Positions 34,114-47,300 of a stretch of 64,000 nucleotides of DNA are shown piece after piece. The first letter of the stretch is position 1. Each line of letters starts with the position of its first letter. The stretch comes from Chrysomallon squamiferum (taxonomy: Eukaryota; Animalia; Mollusca), in NCBI GenBank assembly GCA_012295275.1, contig CM022665.1, positions 32,426,001-32,490,000 of the forward strand, in the 5' to 3' direction. The notes beneath the pieces are model-generated. The model did not search any database. It saw only the letters and a program-made list of their open reading frames with translations, and was not told the origin of the DNA. Both the position numbers and the translations under genes were made by a program.

Positions 34114-36952
34114 ATGATTTCACTAGGACATCATTGTCAGGCATGGTTGAAGCCAATTTTAATACAAAGTCTGAAATCAGAAAAAACATTATTTCAGGCT
34201 TGTGCATCCATTCTGTGTTGCAAACATAACCAGAGACCAATGAATACTTCCAACTATTTAAGACATTTTTCTACTAATGATGAAGAAGATTCCTTGTTAA
34301 AGAGAAAATATATACCAAGGCGTACTTTGATGTATGTACCAGGACATGATGAGAAAAAATTGAGGAAAATACCAAATCTGAAGGTTGATTGTGCAGTGCT
34401 TGAGTGTGAAGATGGTGTAGCTTTGAATAAAAAGGTAATTTCTATATTTTTTATTTGTTTTGTTTGTTAGATTCATGTCAAATTATGACTGCAAATCTGT
34501 GTTGTTGATCCAAAAATACTTTATTGTATTTTAGTAATTATTTAATTACTAAATGCATTATGCTTTTAAAAAAATAGAACTTATATTTAGTTATTGTTCA
34601 GTTCATTGGGGAAAAAAAAAGAGAAAAGGAATAAGATATTAAGAGAACTGTTTACATGAATTATAATTTCATTAATTGATCTAAGTCATATTTAAATTTC
34701 TATTGTTTATTGTTTATTTCAGAGTGAAGCTCGGGAAAATATTCGGAAAATTCTTGATGAACTTGAATTTGGGACAACAGACTGTGCTGTGCGTGTTAAT
34801 GGTGTAGACAGTGGCTTGACAGAGGAAGATCTTTCTGTGATATGTCAGGCAGAAAAACTTCCACAGACCTTTCTAGTTCCCAAAGTTAACACTGTAGATG
34901 ATATAATTAAGGTATTTTTAAAATTTATTATACATATATCCATTTTATTTACTTACTTGAAGTTTTATATATTTTTTTAAAATTATTTATTAAACAGCAT
35001 TTGCATTTACAAAACATACTAAAGATGTCTGTCAGCTCAGTCAGACAGTGTAATATATTTTGTTATAAACTTCTCAGTCATTTCAACAAGAAAGTCGATT
35101 GAAACATACATTTTTTTTTTTTCTAAATGGTCAGTTTTTAAAAGTAAAGTAAATACAAATTGAATGCATGCATTTTTGTATTAATATCTTAATATTTGAA
35201 TTACAAAAGTTAAATGTTGGTAAGAGATAATTCATCAATCCCCAGATATGTTGTAATTTACAAAAACAAAATCTGGAATGTTAATATACTGTTAGAAATG
35301 TCAGGCCTACTAGTAAGAATTACTAGAAATCTGTATTCCAAAAATTGTCAACATCTAGAAAAATTTCATCTTATTATTCATCTTGTTTTTCAGAGTTTGT
35401 TTCCTTGAAATTTATAAATTTAAAAATGAATTATTAAACTTTTGTTAGATTTTATTTTATTCTTTTTTTTTTTCTTGCTCTGTATAGTTTACCACCATGT
35501 TCAAGAATGTGACAAATGAGAAAAATGGTTACTGCCCTTATTTAATCATTTATATAGAGAGTGCACTGGGTATTTTGAATATGAGAGATATTTTGCAACA
35601 AGCAGTAGATTTCTCAAATTACAGTATATACCAGCTGGATGGTGTTGTCTTTGGATCTGATGATTTGTGTGCAGATATAGGTATTATTTTGTATACAAAT
35701 ATTTTATTCCTTATTAAATTATGTAAAATTTAATTGGATAATCAACATTTTGAGGGAGGGATCTGTTAGTTGTTTTTGGGGTTTTTTTAATTCTTCAAAG
35801 CCAAAAAAAAAATTATAAAAAAATGTTACTAATAATTAAATTGTTTTCTAAAAGGTGCAATCCATTTTGTTAGTTTCGATAAGCATATACCATTTGATGA
35901 CGATGATTAATTTTTGTTTTTGTTATTATTTATTTATTTATTTATTTACTGTTTGTTTGTTTGTGAATGCATAAATACATTAGTACGTTTCTTTTATATG
36001 ATGAGGCATAAAACATATAAAACATTGCTGCCAGATTCAGATATGCTGTAATTGTTATATTTTGTTTGTTTATACATTAGGTGCTACTAGATCAACTGGA
36101 GGTTCAGAGCTGATGTTTGCACGACAGCAAGTAGTGTTAACAGCAAAAGCATTTAGACTACAGGCCATTGATATGGTGCATATTGACATCAAAGGTATAA
36201 TTCCATATCACCATTTATCAATCTGAGTAAAAATGAAAGAAAGGATAAAAATGGAAATTAATTATTAATATAAATGTTATACATTTGAAATTTATATTAT
36301 ACAGCTGAAAAGGTAATGTTTTAATTTTGGGTATTTTGTCAGATTTGGATGGACTAATGCATCAGTCAAAACAAGGTGCTCAGTTTGGCTTCACAGGAAA
36401 ACAGATTATTCATCCCAGTCAGATATCAATAGTGAGAGATGCTTTTACACCAGACAGAGCAAAAATGGAATGGGCACATGAACTGATAGAAGCTTTTGAG
36501 AAACACCAAGAGTCTGGGGAGGTAATAAATATTCTCAGATGTATATTGAAATTAATTTAACAGAAGTGTGTATATTTAAACTGCTTTTTTGTAAACTGAT
36601 GATAGAAATTGTGCTAAATTTAATTAAGACATGCTGGTTTCTAACGTGGAATCTTTCAGAAATATGTACAACGTAATTATTTACTTAGCATTCATTTGTA
36701 ATATTCCTTTAATAAAAAATGGAGTTTTCGCATAAACATTAAAAATGGACATAATATTACACTAATACTTCCTTGATGTTTACACCATTGGTAATTTTAC
36801 TAATGTAATGTTAAACGCAGTTATTTTTGTTTTTTCAGGGTGCGTTCACATTCCATGGTAATATGATTGACATGCCTTTGTTACTTCAGGCAAAAAATAT
36901 TGTTCAGATGACAGAGAAAACTGAACAAACCAAACAACAAATGTCATCATGA
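34114..36952 (+). CDS. CLYBL: Citramalyl-CoA lyase, mitochondrial (citrate lyase beta-like), ~369 aa. Exons 34114-34434, 34723-34911, 35488-35680, 36081-36194, 36343-36521, 36839-36952
   Basis: Motifs YIPRRTLMYVPGHDEKKLRKIPNLKVDCAVLECEDGVALNKK, AVRVNGVDSGL, DGVVFGSDDLCADIGATR, AKAFRLQAIDMVHID, GFTGKQIIHPSQI and GAFTFHGNMIDMPLLLQA. Phases consistent (1110 nt). The acceptor at 34093 implies an upstream non-coding exon (probable donor ~33225). Confidence 0.95.
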
Positions 36953-38321
36953 TTTACAGAAGAGCAGAGTTTTTTTGAAAAACAACTTTAATTTCAAGAA
37001 AACAGTAAAAGATAATGAAACTCAATGATGTTTAAGTTTTTGTGCTTAGATCATTAGAACAAATTATCAGAAGAAAAAAAAAGAAGAAAAAACATCAAGA
37101 AAAAGAACAACTTTATTATTTTTTTGTTTTTAACATCAAATATTACTATAATGTTAAAAATGTGATGCTGACCGCTGTTTTTTTTATACAAAATGCTGCA
37201 GAAGTATATGTAATATACATGTATACAAATGCTTAGCTGAGTATGTGACGTTGTAATTATTAAAAAATTTCAAATAAAATCTAATGCAGTAATTTTAAGT
37301 GTTTTCCATTGATTTAATTGTTTTCCGTTGATTTAATTGCAGTGTTTTAGATACAGGTATGGTGTTGGCATAAAAATCCATTTTTAGTTACTTGCCTAAC
37401 ATTAGCATGAACACAAGACATTTTTTCTACTGGAGCCAGTATTCATACTCTACAATATTTCATGTGTAGAAAGAAATCTAAAATACCTTTAATTACATTT
37501 CTATTACTATTAATATTTTTTATTTATAATAATAATAATAAATTAGAAACTGCAGTTTTTTCACTGATATTAACACACAAATTATTAAAATGTTTAATTG
37601 ACAAAGTTTAAAAAAAAATAAAAAAATTTGTCCATTCCATGTCATTTTCCCAATTTTTAGCAATTAAAACTTTAAAGGAATAATAGTTTATTAAGTCGTG
37701 ATTCTCGTTATTGTCGTAATGCGTATTAAAACATATTTAGGTTATCATATTATTTAAATGTACTTTTTGAAATGTTTTAATCGAAGTTTTGTATTCACCC
37801 AATACATTTTCGTCGCATAATTGTCAGATAAACAAGTTGGTATAAATGTAAGAAAAACACGGTGTTATCTCCCTTGAATAAATGGGGGAAAACAGACGAC
37901 ACTTCAATCGTTACTAAACATTATCTTCGTTATTAAGTTGTATTCTTTGTTTTATAGTATTTTTATGACAGGGATAAGATATAATTAACATAACTATGTA
38001 AATAATTTAACTGTAGAACATAGCATGTAAATCCATATTTATTGTTGGTTGCGTTATTAATTAGCAGAAGACAATCCAAGTATCATTCTAAGAATTAATT
38101 TGATTTACTTTTTTTATTTATATTTCATTTTAGAGAATGAAACATAAAAAATAATGAACAGTTTTATTGTTTTCACTCATATAAAACATGGATTAATCGT
38201 GTGCCATCCACGTTTTGGTAAAGTCTATTTCAAATTATAAATCGAAAGACAAACTATTGGATGTCATAGCGTATTAAATATTGTAGAAATCTGTTTCTTT
38301 TCAGTATGATAATTGCCGATT

Positions 38322-41300
38322 ATGTTACCATTACAACAAAGAGAAAACCAACAGCCAGTTTTTAAACCATTATCTACAAATGAAAATGCAATGGCATTTA
38401 CTTTGGAAGTAAGCTGGTTTAAATTTTTGACAAGTATAAAAGAAAATATCTTGATCGAAAAGTAATGTTCACCCTAATTAAATCTGTAAAACAATTTTCA
38501 TAAAAGAAAACTATTTCTTTGAGTCATTTCTTTCATTTATTATTAGCTATTTTATCACAAATTGTTGATTTTAAAGAATATGCATAAATTTGCTGTTGCT
38601 AATTCTTAATATTTACATAACACTAAAATGAATTAAGGTAAGTAATTTATTTTGTTTTTAATCACTTGATTTATTTTTCTCACTAGACCTCAATACCAAG
38701 GTTAAGAGTGCCAATTCCATCTCTGTCAAGAAGCCACGGTAAGCCATTATTTACTCATTATAATTTTTTATGTTTTTAATTTCAAGAGAATTCTCCTGTT
38801 AATTTCTACTTATGTTAAAGGTTTAAGTGAAATGTAGAGCAACAAAATCTACATTAACTTTTTTTTAAATGTAATAATAATAATGTAACCTTATCAGACT
38901 ATTTAAAATTCCAAAGAATTTCCTTCTTCTTTTTTTTCTGCAACCAGAATATTAAAAGGTTTCTTAAAATGTTTTTTAATCAATAATATATATCTTTTAA
39001 AATGAATATAAAGAAGTTAACACACTAACAGTCTAAAATGTTTTCTCAGAATATTTTGTATTTTATATTTTAACATATATTGACTCTCAGAATTGCAGCT
39101 ACCTAGTTTGGCTCAGAGACAGATTACAGATCAAGACCAAGTTACTGGAACAGAGAGGTTAGCATCTCTACATGCAAAACTTCACCAAGAGGCTGACAAA
39201 ATAAGGAAATGGAAAGTTCAGATAGAAATTGATCTTAAAAATAAAGTATGAATTAAATGTGTTTTTGTTTTTTTGTAATGCATATATTAAAAATTAATTT
39301 TGGGTAATAACCTTCAATACTATAAAAATATATTTATCATGTTTACTATTTTTTCATCATCTCACTGTTAATTGCTTTAAAACTATTTTATTTTTTATAT
39401 TAAAAATATTTTAAATAAAATTATAAATTGTAAGTTAGGATTAAATTTAATTATTTTTATAAAATTGAAAAAATGTATTGTGTTCATAATTTAAACACTT
39501 ACGTGATCTTTATTTAGTAGTATTATTTTTAATTGTAAACAGGAAAAAAAAATTCAAGAGGCAGCTGCTACAATTGAAAATCTCAGAAAATCAATTTTGG
39601 ATTTGCAGGTAGAATCTCGGCAAATAGTATAATTATGAAATTGAAATTACCTTGCTGTCTGGATTCTGAATGCAAAAATAATTTTTTTTAAATTTTGAAG
39701 AGATATATGATCAGGAATCAACACAGAATATAATATATGTTATAGAAAATTAGCAAATAAAATTAAATGAAATCTTAAAATAAGGAATGTGATTTTATTT
39801 ATTTAGACTTAAAATGAATTCATATTCTTTTACAGTGGTAATAATGTGACGTATCATGTTTGCTATTTTTAAAATATCATTTTCAGTTACACAATGAAAA
39901 ACTTAGTTTGAAATTGCAAGATGAAACAAGTGCAAGAGAAATTACTACTCAAAAGTAAGACTATTCAGAATATAAACGAGTCAAGAATGTTGAAGACTGC
40001 TTCATTTACACACCCACACACATATATAGTAAGAGCAATTCTCAGGAAAACAACATTTTGTTTAAACCATTTTGTATTGTTGTTTTCAGTAGAACAAGAA
40101 GATTTAAATTCAAACTTTTTTTAAAACAAGTTTACAATAAGTAAAACATAATTTTTTTGTCATTTTTGTATTGAAGGATTTTAGCAACTCGAGAACTCTG
40201 CAATGTTCTCAAAGATCATACCATGAAGCTTGAAGAAAGGCTGGCACAATGTAAAGTCAATTGTATTTTTCAAAATATTTCTCTGTCACTGAAATGTAAT
40301 ATTTATTACCATTACAAATATTTATTCTAGTGTCTTAAAATGTTAAACTGGCCTTTGTTACAAAACAAAAAAATAAAATAAATATAAATCCAACCACTTT
40401 ACTTTATATTTCATCATTTGAATTTGTTTTTTCATTATAATCTTTTTAAGTTGTGGTGTTTTTTTGTTTGTTTTTTTAAATCAAACTAGGTGAGTCAGAA
40501 AGAACAGAACTGAAATATGTTGGAAAAGAATATTCACAGCAGGTTGAAGTAAGATTGTTTGTTCTGAATATGTTATTTTAAATTGTTGAAATTATATGGT
40601 CTTTTTTATGCTTTATAATAATAATAATAAATTATTTTGTTTATCGTTTGGAAGATAAGGTTAGTTCAGTGCAAATGGATGCATTCATTTATGCATAATT
40701 TCATCTCTTTAGAAAATTAATTATATTTTATCTGTTTTAAAGCAGGTACATTACATCCAGTCTTAAAATATGAAGTTAAAATTTACAATATTATTTTGGA
40801 AGTTTTCAGACAATTTTGTTTTATATCATTTTAAAATAAATGTTCTATAAATAGTTAATCTGCTAAAATTGTTGCTAAAATAAATGTATTCTTTCAGAAA
40901 TAATTATGGTTTTTGTACTCCTTTTTATTTTAATTTCATTCAGTTATGTTTGTCTGCTTATATTTTGTATTTTTGTCAAACATTTACTTCATTTTGTTTT
41001 TGGCAGGAACTCTCAACTAAATTTAAAGAATTAGAAATATCAGCTACTGATGACCATAACAGTTTAGTAAATCAATGTAAGCATATTTTTGGATACCATG
41101 GTATGAAATCCTTATTTAAAAAAACATTAAATAAAATAAATTTTCTGGTATTGGTTATTTTTTCTGACTGAAAAATTTAATGTGATAAATTAATAAGTCT
41201 TAGGTAATGCCTGCATTATTATTTTTACCAATAATGACAAGCATTAAATAATGTGATATTTTGTTATAATAATTATAACATTTTAGTAAAGGTTTTATTT

Positions 41301-44300
41301 TTTAAAATTTAATTTAATTTAATTCTTTCGTTGTTGCATTTTTTTGTTACAGTATTAAAATCAAACTATATGCATAAATATATTATCTTTTTCACATTCT
41401 ATTGTATTTTATTATCATATGCAGTACAGCTGCAGAATGAAGCTAGAAAAAAATTAGAGGAAAACATGGTATTGAAACTTGGAGAAGCTGAAACTCAGGT
41501 TAATTTTTATTTCATTTTTAAAAATTTCTATAAAATGTTATATTTCATCTCATGCATTCCATTTCAATTTCATTTCAGTAAATGAAACAATTTTAGGGTT
41601 TAAAGATAGATTGATATGGATTGTTAAAGTTACTGCTTTGTTTGGGATTTATTATAAATTTATTCTTGTTTGTTTTAATAGCTTAGACAACTAATGGACA
41701 AATGTGATGAAAAAGATATTGAAATAAGAAATGTCAGGACAATAATGCAGAAAAATGAGGATAAAATTTATGAAATGGAACTGTTAATAGGTATGATAAT
41801 TAAAAGCTTCATTTTTATTATTTCAGAATATTTAATATTATTCTGACTTTGAATATTTTTTCTCCCAAAGTAGTTTTTTTACACTAACAACAAATGAAAC
41901 TCAAATTATGTGCATCAGATCCAGTAACAAAAGTTATAATTCATATTTGTTATTTTAGGGAATTTACAAAAACAACTGTCTGAGCAAGTTTCTGATATTG
42001 AAACGAAACAAAAGCAATGTGATGAATCATCAGCTGAATTGGAATCTCTAAAGGTAGTAAATGTGAAACCTGAAAAAACAGTAATAAATATGTTCTTTAT
42101 AAACAAAACTTTGGAATATAATTATAGTAAACATGTAATACCATTTGAACAGTGTTTTAAGGATGAATAATACATTTTTCACATATTTAAAGAGATATAA
42201 AATATGTTTATATGTCTTGTTATTACACATTAAATAATACAAAATATAATTGTGATATATTTTAAAAATGTTAATTTATTCAGCTTTATTAAAAAATTAT
42301 ATATATATTTATTTAATTTGTTTCAGGAAGTGAAATGTAAACTAGAAAAAGAAATAAATAATGTTTGTCTTGAACTGTCTGAAATAAAAGAAACCAAATT
42401 AAAACTTGAACAAACACTGCAAATCAAACAAAATAAGCATGAAGAAGAATTTGCAGAAATGCATAATGAAGTGCAATTTGTATCAACAAGATTGCAGAAA
42501 GAAAAAAAAAAGTAAGATATTTATATATTTCTCCAACATACAGCAAAAAGGTTAAACCTCAAGATAAAATTATCATAGTTATAATTGCTGCAGAAAGTAA
42601 TGTTATACATGTATATCTTAGCTAAATAATAATTAATTAATAATATTTTTCAGAAATGCAGAATATGAACAATTACTTTCTGAATCATCAGGTAGATGTG
42701 AAAAATTAAAGAGTTCTCGAGGTAAGTCAACGATACTGGACATGGTAATCAAAATTAATAAAAAACTAAATATGGAATTAGACATGTACATGTACACAGA
42801 AATAATTGTTGATATCCTATTTGTACAGTGGAACCTTGGGACCTTGGGTTACAAACTTAATTCGTTCCAAAACTTGATTTGTAAACCAAATTGTATGTAA
42901 ACCAAAGCGATGTCAGACACACGAACACCACTGTTAAGTTTTTGCAATTATTTCTTTCTTAACCTCTACTGTAATACATTTATACTTTCTACCAGTATTT
43001 TTGCTTTCACTTTTTGTTTTCTTTTGCTTGCCTTATTGGATAGGTATAATAAAAAATAGACACATAAATTACTTTAAAAAATGCAAGCACACAATCTCAG
43101 TGCAAAAGCTATTGAACTGCAACTGCATATTGAAAACTAAAGGCCCTGATTCACGATATATATGCCTATATGGTATAGGGCATGCCTATAATCCTTACTT
43201 TGACCTCGGTTTTGATGTAAACATTTATTCTTATGTTGATGTCAAAACCAACGTCAAAAGAAAGCTTGTCATGGCGTGTTGCTGTAGTTCGTAACTCGGG
43301 ACATCATTCATAAACCAAGACAAAAATTGCCCAAGATCACAGTTCGTAATCCAATTTGTTTCTGATTGAAGGCGTGTGTAACCCGAGATTCCACTATTTG
43401 ATTAAAAGACAAAACATTTATTAAATTATTGTGTCAAAATATTACAAGCTGTTTGTCTCTGATATGTACATTATTACTTGACAAGTCATTTCCATTTTTT
43501 TGTTTATTTATTATTATTATTATTTTTGTTGTTATTTCTTTTAGATATTTTAGTCATCGAAAAAACAGAACTTGAAAACAAAATAGTTGAAATGCAGAAA
43601 GAATTAGTGAGTCATTAATCATATAAGAATTTTCCTATTGTGTTTTACAAAATTAAAGTTCCTCCTTTTCTTTAAACAGAATAATTTATTATTAGCATTA
43701 ATTATTTAACAATTTTCAAAGTATACAAATAAGCATATTTGAAATATAAGAATAAATATATGAAGAATTATTTTAAATATTTAAATGTTTTTCTTTGTTA
43801 CATATTTCTTCAGTTAAAACATTTTTCTTTAATAGGATTTAATAAAAGAATATTATAATAATGTCAGTGAAAAAATGAAGAAACTTCAAGATGAATATGC
43901 AGTTAAAGAAAGAGAATTTCAGGAAAGCAGTCAAGCTTGTATTCATTTGCAGGTTAATTTTTGGCTTTATGATTATTATTATTCTTACTAGTACTACTAC
44001 TATAACTATCTTTTTCTTTTTCCTTTTTTTTTTTTTTTTCTTTTTTTGAGATTGACAGAGATTTTATTTCTTTATACATAGAAAAACATACATGATTTTT
44101 AATTATATTTATAATACATTAACATCTGCTTTGTTTTCAGAATGAAATTTCTCAGTTGGAAAACATTGTTCAGGAGAAAGAACAGGAAAAGTTAATTCTA
44201 CATGATAAGTTAACCTCTCTGAAAGATATACTGGACAAGAATGTTGTGAGTATAAATTTACAAATACATACATTATTATATTCTTTCATAATCTGCACTT

Positions 44301-47300
44301 AGATAATTCACAGAAAAGCAAAATAGAATACAGAATGATCATTATTGCTGACTGATGGTGTTTGCTTGTTTTAAGATTTTGATAATTTCTAAGCAATATC
44401 ACATCAGTCTTCAGTGTAGCAGTTAAAAAGTGAACAGTTAGCTAGACTATTATATTAATGTTTAAAATTTAAACCTTAATATATAAATTTAATTCACTGC
44501 TTCTGAATTTAAAATGTCATTCTTTTTCTTACTTTTTATCAGGATGACCTGCAGAAAGCTAAAGAACATTACAAAAATGCACAAAATAAAATTAATAAAC
44601 TTCAGGAAGAAGTTGATAATATAACAGATGCTTTAAATGTTGAAAGGTAATGAGATTTAAAACATAATATAAAAGTTATATTTTAACAGTAATTTGTACA
44701 TTTTCAGACGTCATTTGTGCTGAAAATATCATTTATAAAATTTAGATGAATGCATTTTAAAATAAACACACTTGTAACTGATTTGTCACATTTTGGGCTT
44801 TCCAGGAAAAATGTCCAGAAACTTTCATTAGATAATCTGACATTTAAGAAAAATCTGGAAACAAGTAAAAAATTACTGGCTCAGAAAGACAAAGATTTCA
44901 ACAAGATGATAAAAGAGTGTGAAGTAAGTGGATCATACTTTTTCTAATAATGTATTTAATAAAATTTAATTACATGTTGTAAAGCTGCATAAATTAGGAA
45001 TATCTTAATCTTTTATTCAAACTGAAAACAGTTTAAGTAATTTTAACAGTTCTTTCACAGTGCTATTTGTTTAATTAAATTTAAAATTTAAAATTCATGT
45101 GAATTGCCATAACTGAGCTTGAAATGTAATTAAACATCAATTTATATAAATTCTTAAAAAAATTAGTACAGTCCAAAAAACTCAAAATAATTCCAACCCA
45201 GATTAAGTATTATGTAAATATTAACTTTTTTTGTATTATTGTTAAGCATTAATGTTAACTTAGTACAACTTTTATTTTTATTTTTATTTTTTTTACCTAG
45301 AAAAAGGATAATGAATGCCAAAACCTAAAAGATAGTTTGACATCATTAAAAGCAGAGAATGAAAATATCAGGTTTGATAAATTTTTCTAAAGTATTAAGA
45401 GAAGTATTTAGTAATTTCTTGATTGGAAAAATTAAAATTTAAGAAATGACTCTTAATTTAAATACAGATTACAGGTGTTAGCTCCTTTTCAAAAGAAGTT
45501 TAATTTATTTGTTTTTATAGTTTTGAAAAAGAGAAGTTGCTTACAAATGTTGAAGAATTACAAACAGAAATTGCTATGCTGAAGGAAGAAAGAGTTGAAG
45601 TGGTAATTATATTTGATTTTTATTTGATTTTGTTCTGAAAAGGCAAGAAAATAACAAAAGATTTTGTAAAATGAGCCATTCTTTTCAACTCTTCATGTAG
45701 ACTGAGCACTAAATTTTTTACCACTTTGGTAATTTTATTGATTACTTTGCTTATAATTTTTAACAGATTAACTGAATCTATTTCATTGATGAATAAATCA
45801 TGTAATGTTATTTCAGGATATTTCAGTGACAAAAGAAATCAAGTCAAAAACACAAAAAATGATTGATCTTGAGGTAAAAGTAAAGGAACTAAAAACTGAA
45901 GCCACTCACAAAAATAGACAAATAAAGGAATATGAGAAAGAGGTACTGTTAATGTATTTGTGTATTCTGAATTACTCACCTACAAATAGTTAATGCATTT
46001 TACATTTGCATTGTATTGAAATTATAAAATGGTGAATCTGTTCAGTTTTATTTAAATTTTACTTTCACAGAAACAAAAAGTAAAACAACTGTGAATTCTG
46101 TTTATATTTACTGAAATATATATATTTTAAATCAACAGAAACCTACAAAATCTGTGGGTAAATATCAAAATGGAAAATTTTAAAATTATAATATGTATTT
46201 TAGGACACTAATGAAAAGAGATCCTAATACTTATTTAGTCTTATTCTTTAGATAAAAAGTATAAAAAATAAGACAGCAACACAAGCTAAAGAAATTGAAG
46301 AAAAGGATAAATTAGGAAATATTCTAGAAGAAGAACTACAAAAGTTAAAATCAGCATATGAAGAATTAGAAAAAAAGCTGAATGTTGCAAATCAGACAGC
46401 TGATAAAGAACGGATATTAGCTGATGAGTGTAGGAAAAAGGTATTCTTTTAGATACTGAATTCCGCTACAATTTAAAATTCATTGTTTATTCAAGTAAGT
46501 TGGTCTGCTGAAGTTAATTTTTATTTGAAAAGATTTACAATTATTAATACTGAGATATTTAGAATGATGTATTAAACCAGAGATAAAATAGTAAAGATAT
46601 TTAAAGCACTGTTAAAAATACTTACAGCTGTGAAATGTTTTTAGGTAAATAATTTGTTTCATATTATTTAGATCACAGAAATGGAAAGATGTGTTGAAAT
46701 GGCTTTGAAAGAGAAACAGGAAGCTGTGCAAAAGTATGATTTACAGTTTGCTGAAATGATGGCTACTCTTGACAAATATAAACAAGAAAATCTAAATATT
46801 ATTTCTCAAAAAGAAAAAGAATTGGAATTATTAAGATCAAAATCTGATGACCTGGCTGAACTTAAACAGGTAACATCCAAAAAGCTAATATAAATGATTA
46901 TAACTTGTAAATCATCCACAGAATAAGTTCATAAAGAGTACTAAAATACTAAAATAGTCCAGGCAATTAAAAATGTTAAATGTTTAATCCATTTATTATT
47001 TCCATGAACTTATATTTTATCTCCTACATTTTATACTGATTATTTATTCAAAATATATTCTAAAGCAAAATAACAAGAAGACTGAAGACTGGAAAGCTGA
47101 AATAGAGAAATGCAAGAAAGAAGCAGAAGATCTAAAACTGTTATGTCAACAAGAACAAATGGAAAAGGTTGGTTTGAATTATGATTAAACTTAAAAATAA
47201 ATATCAAAACTCTTGTGGTAACAGGAATGCAACAATAAATTCTATGAAACAATAAAATGTCATAATATATAATATGATTAATGATTAATATCTTTGTTAA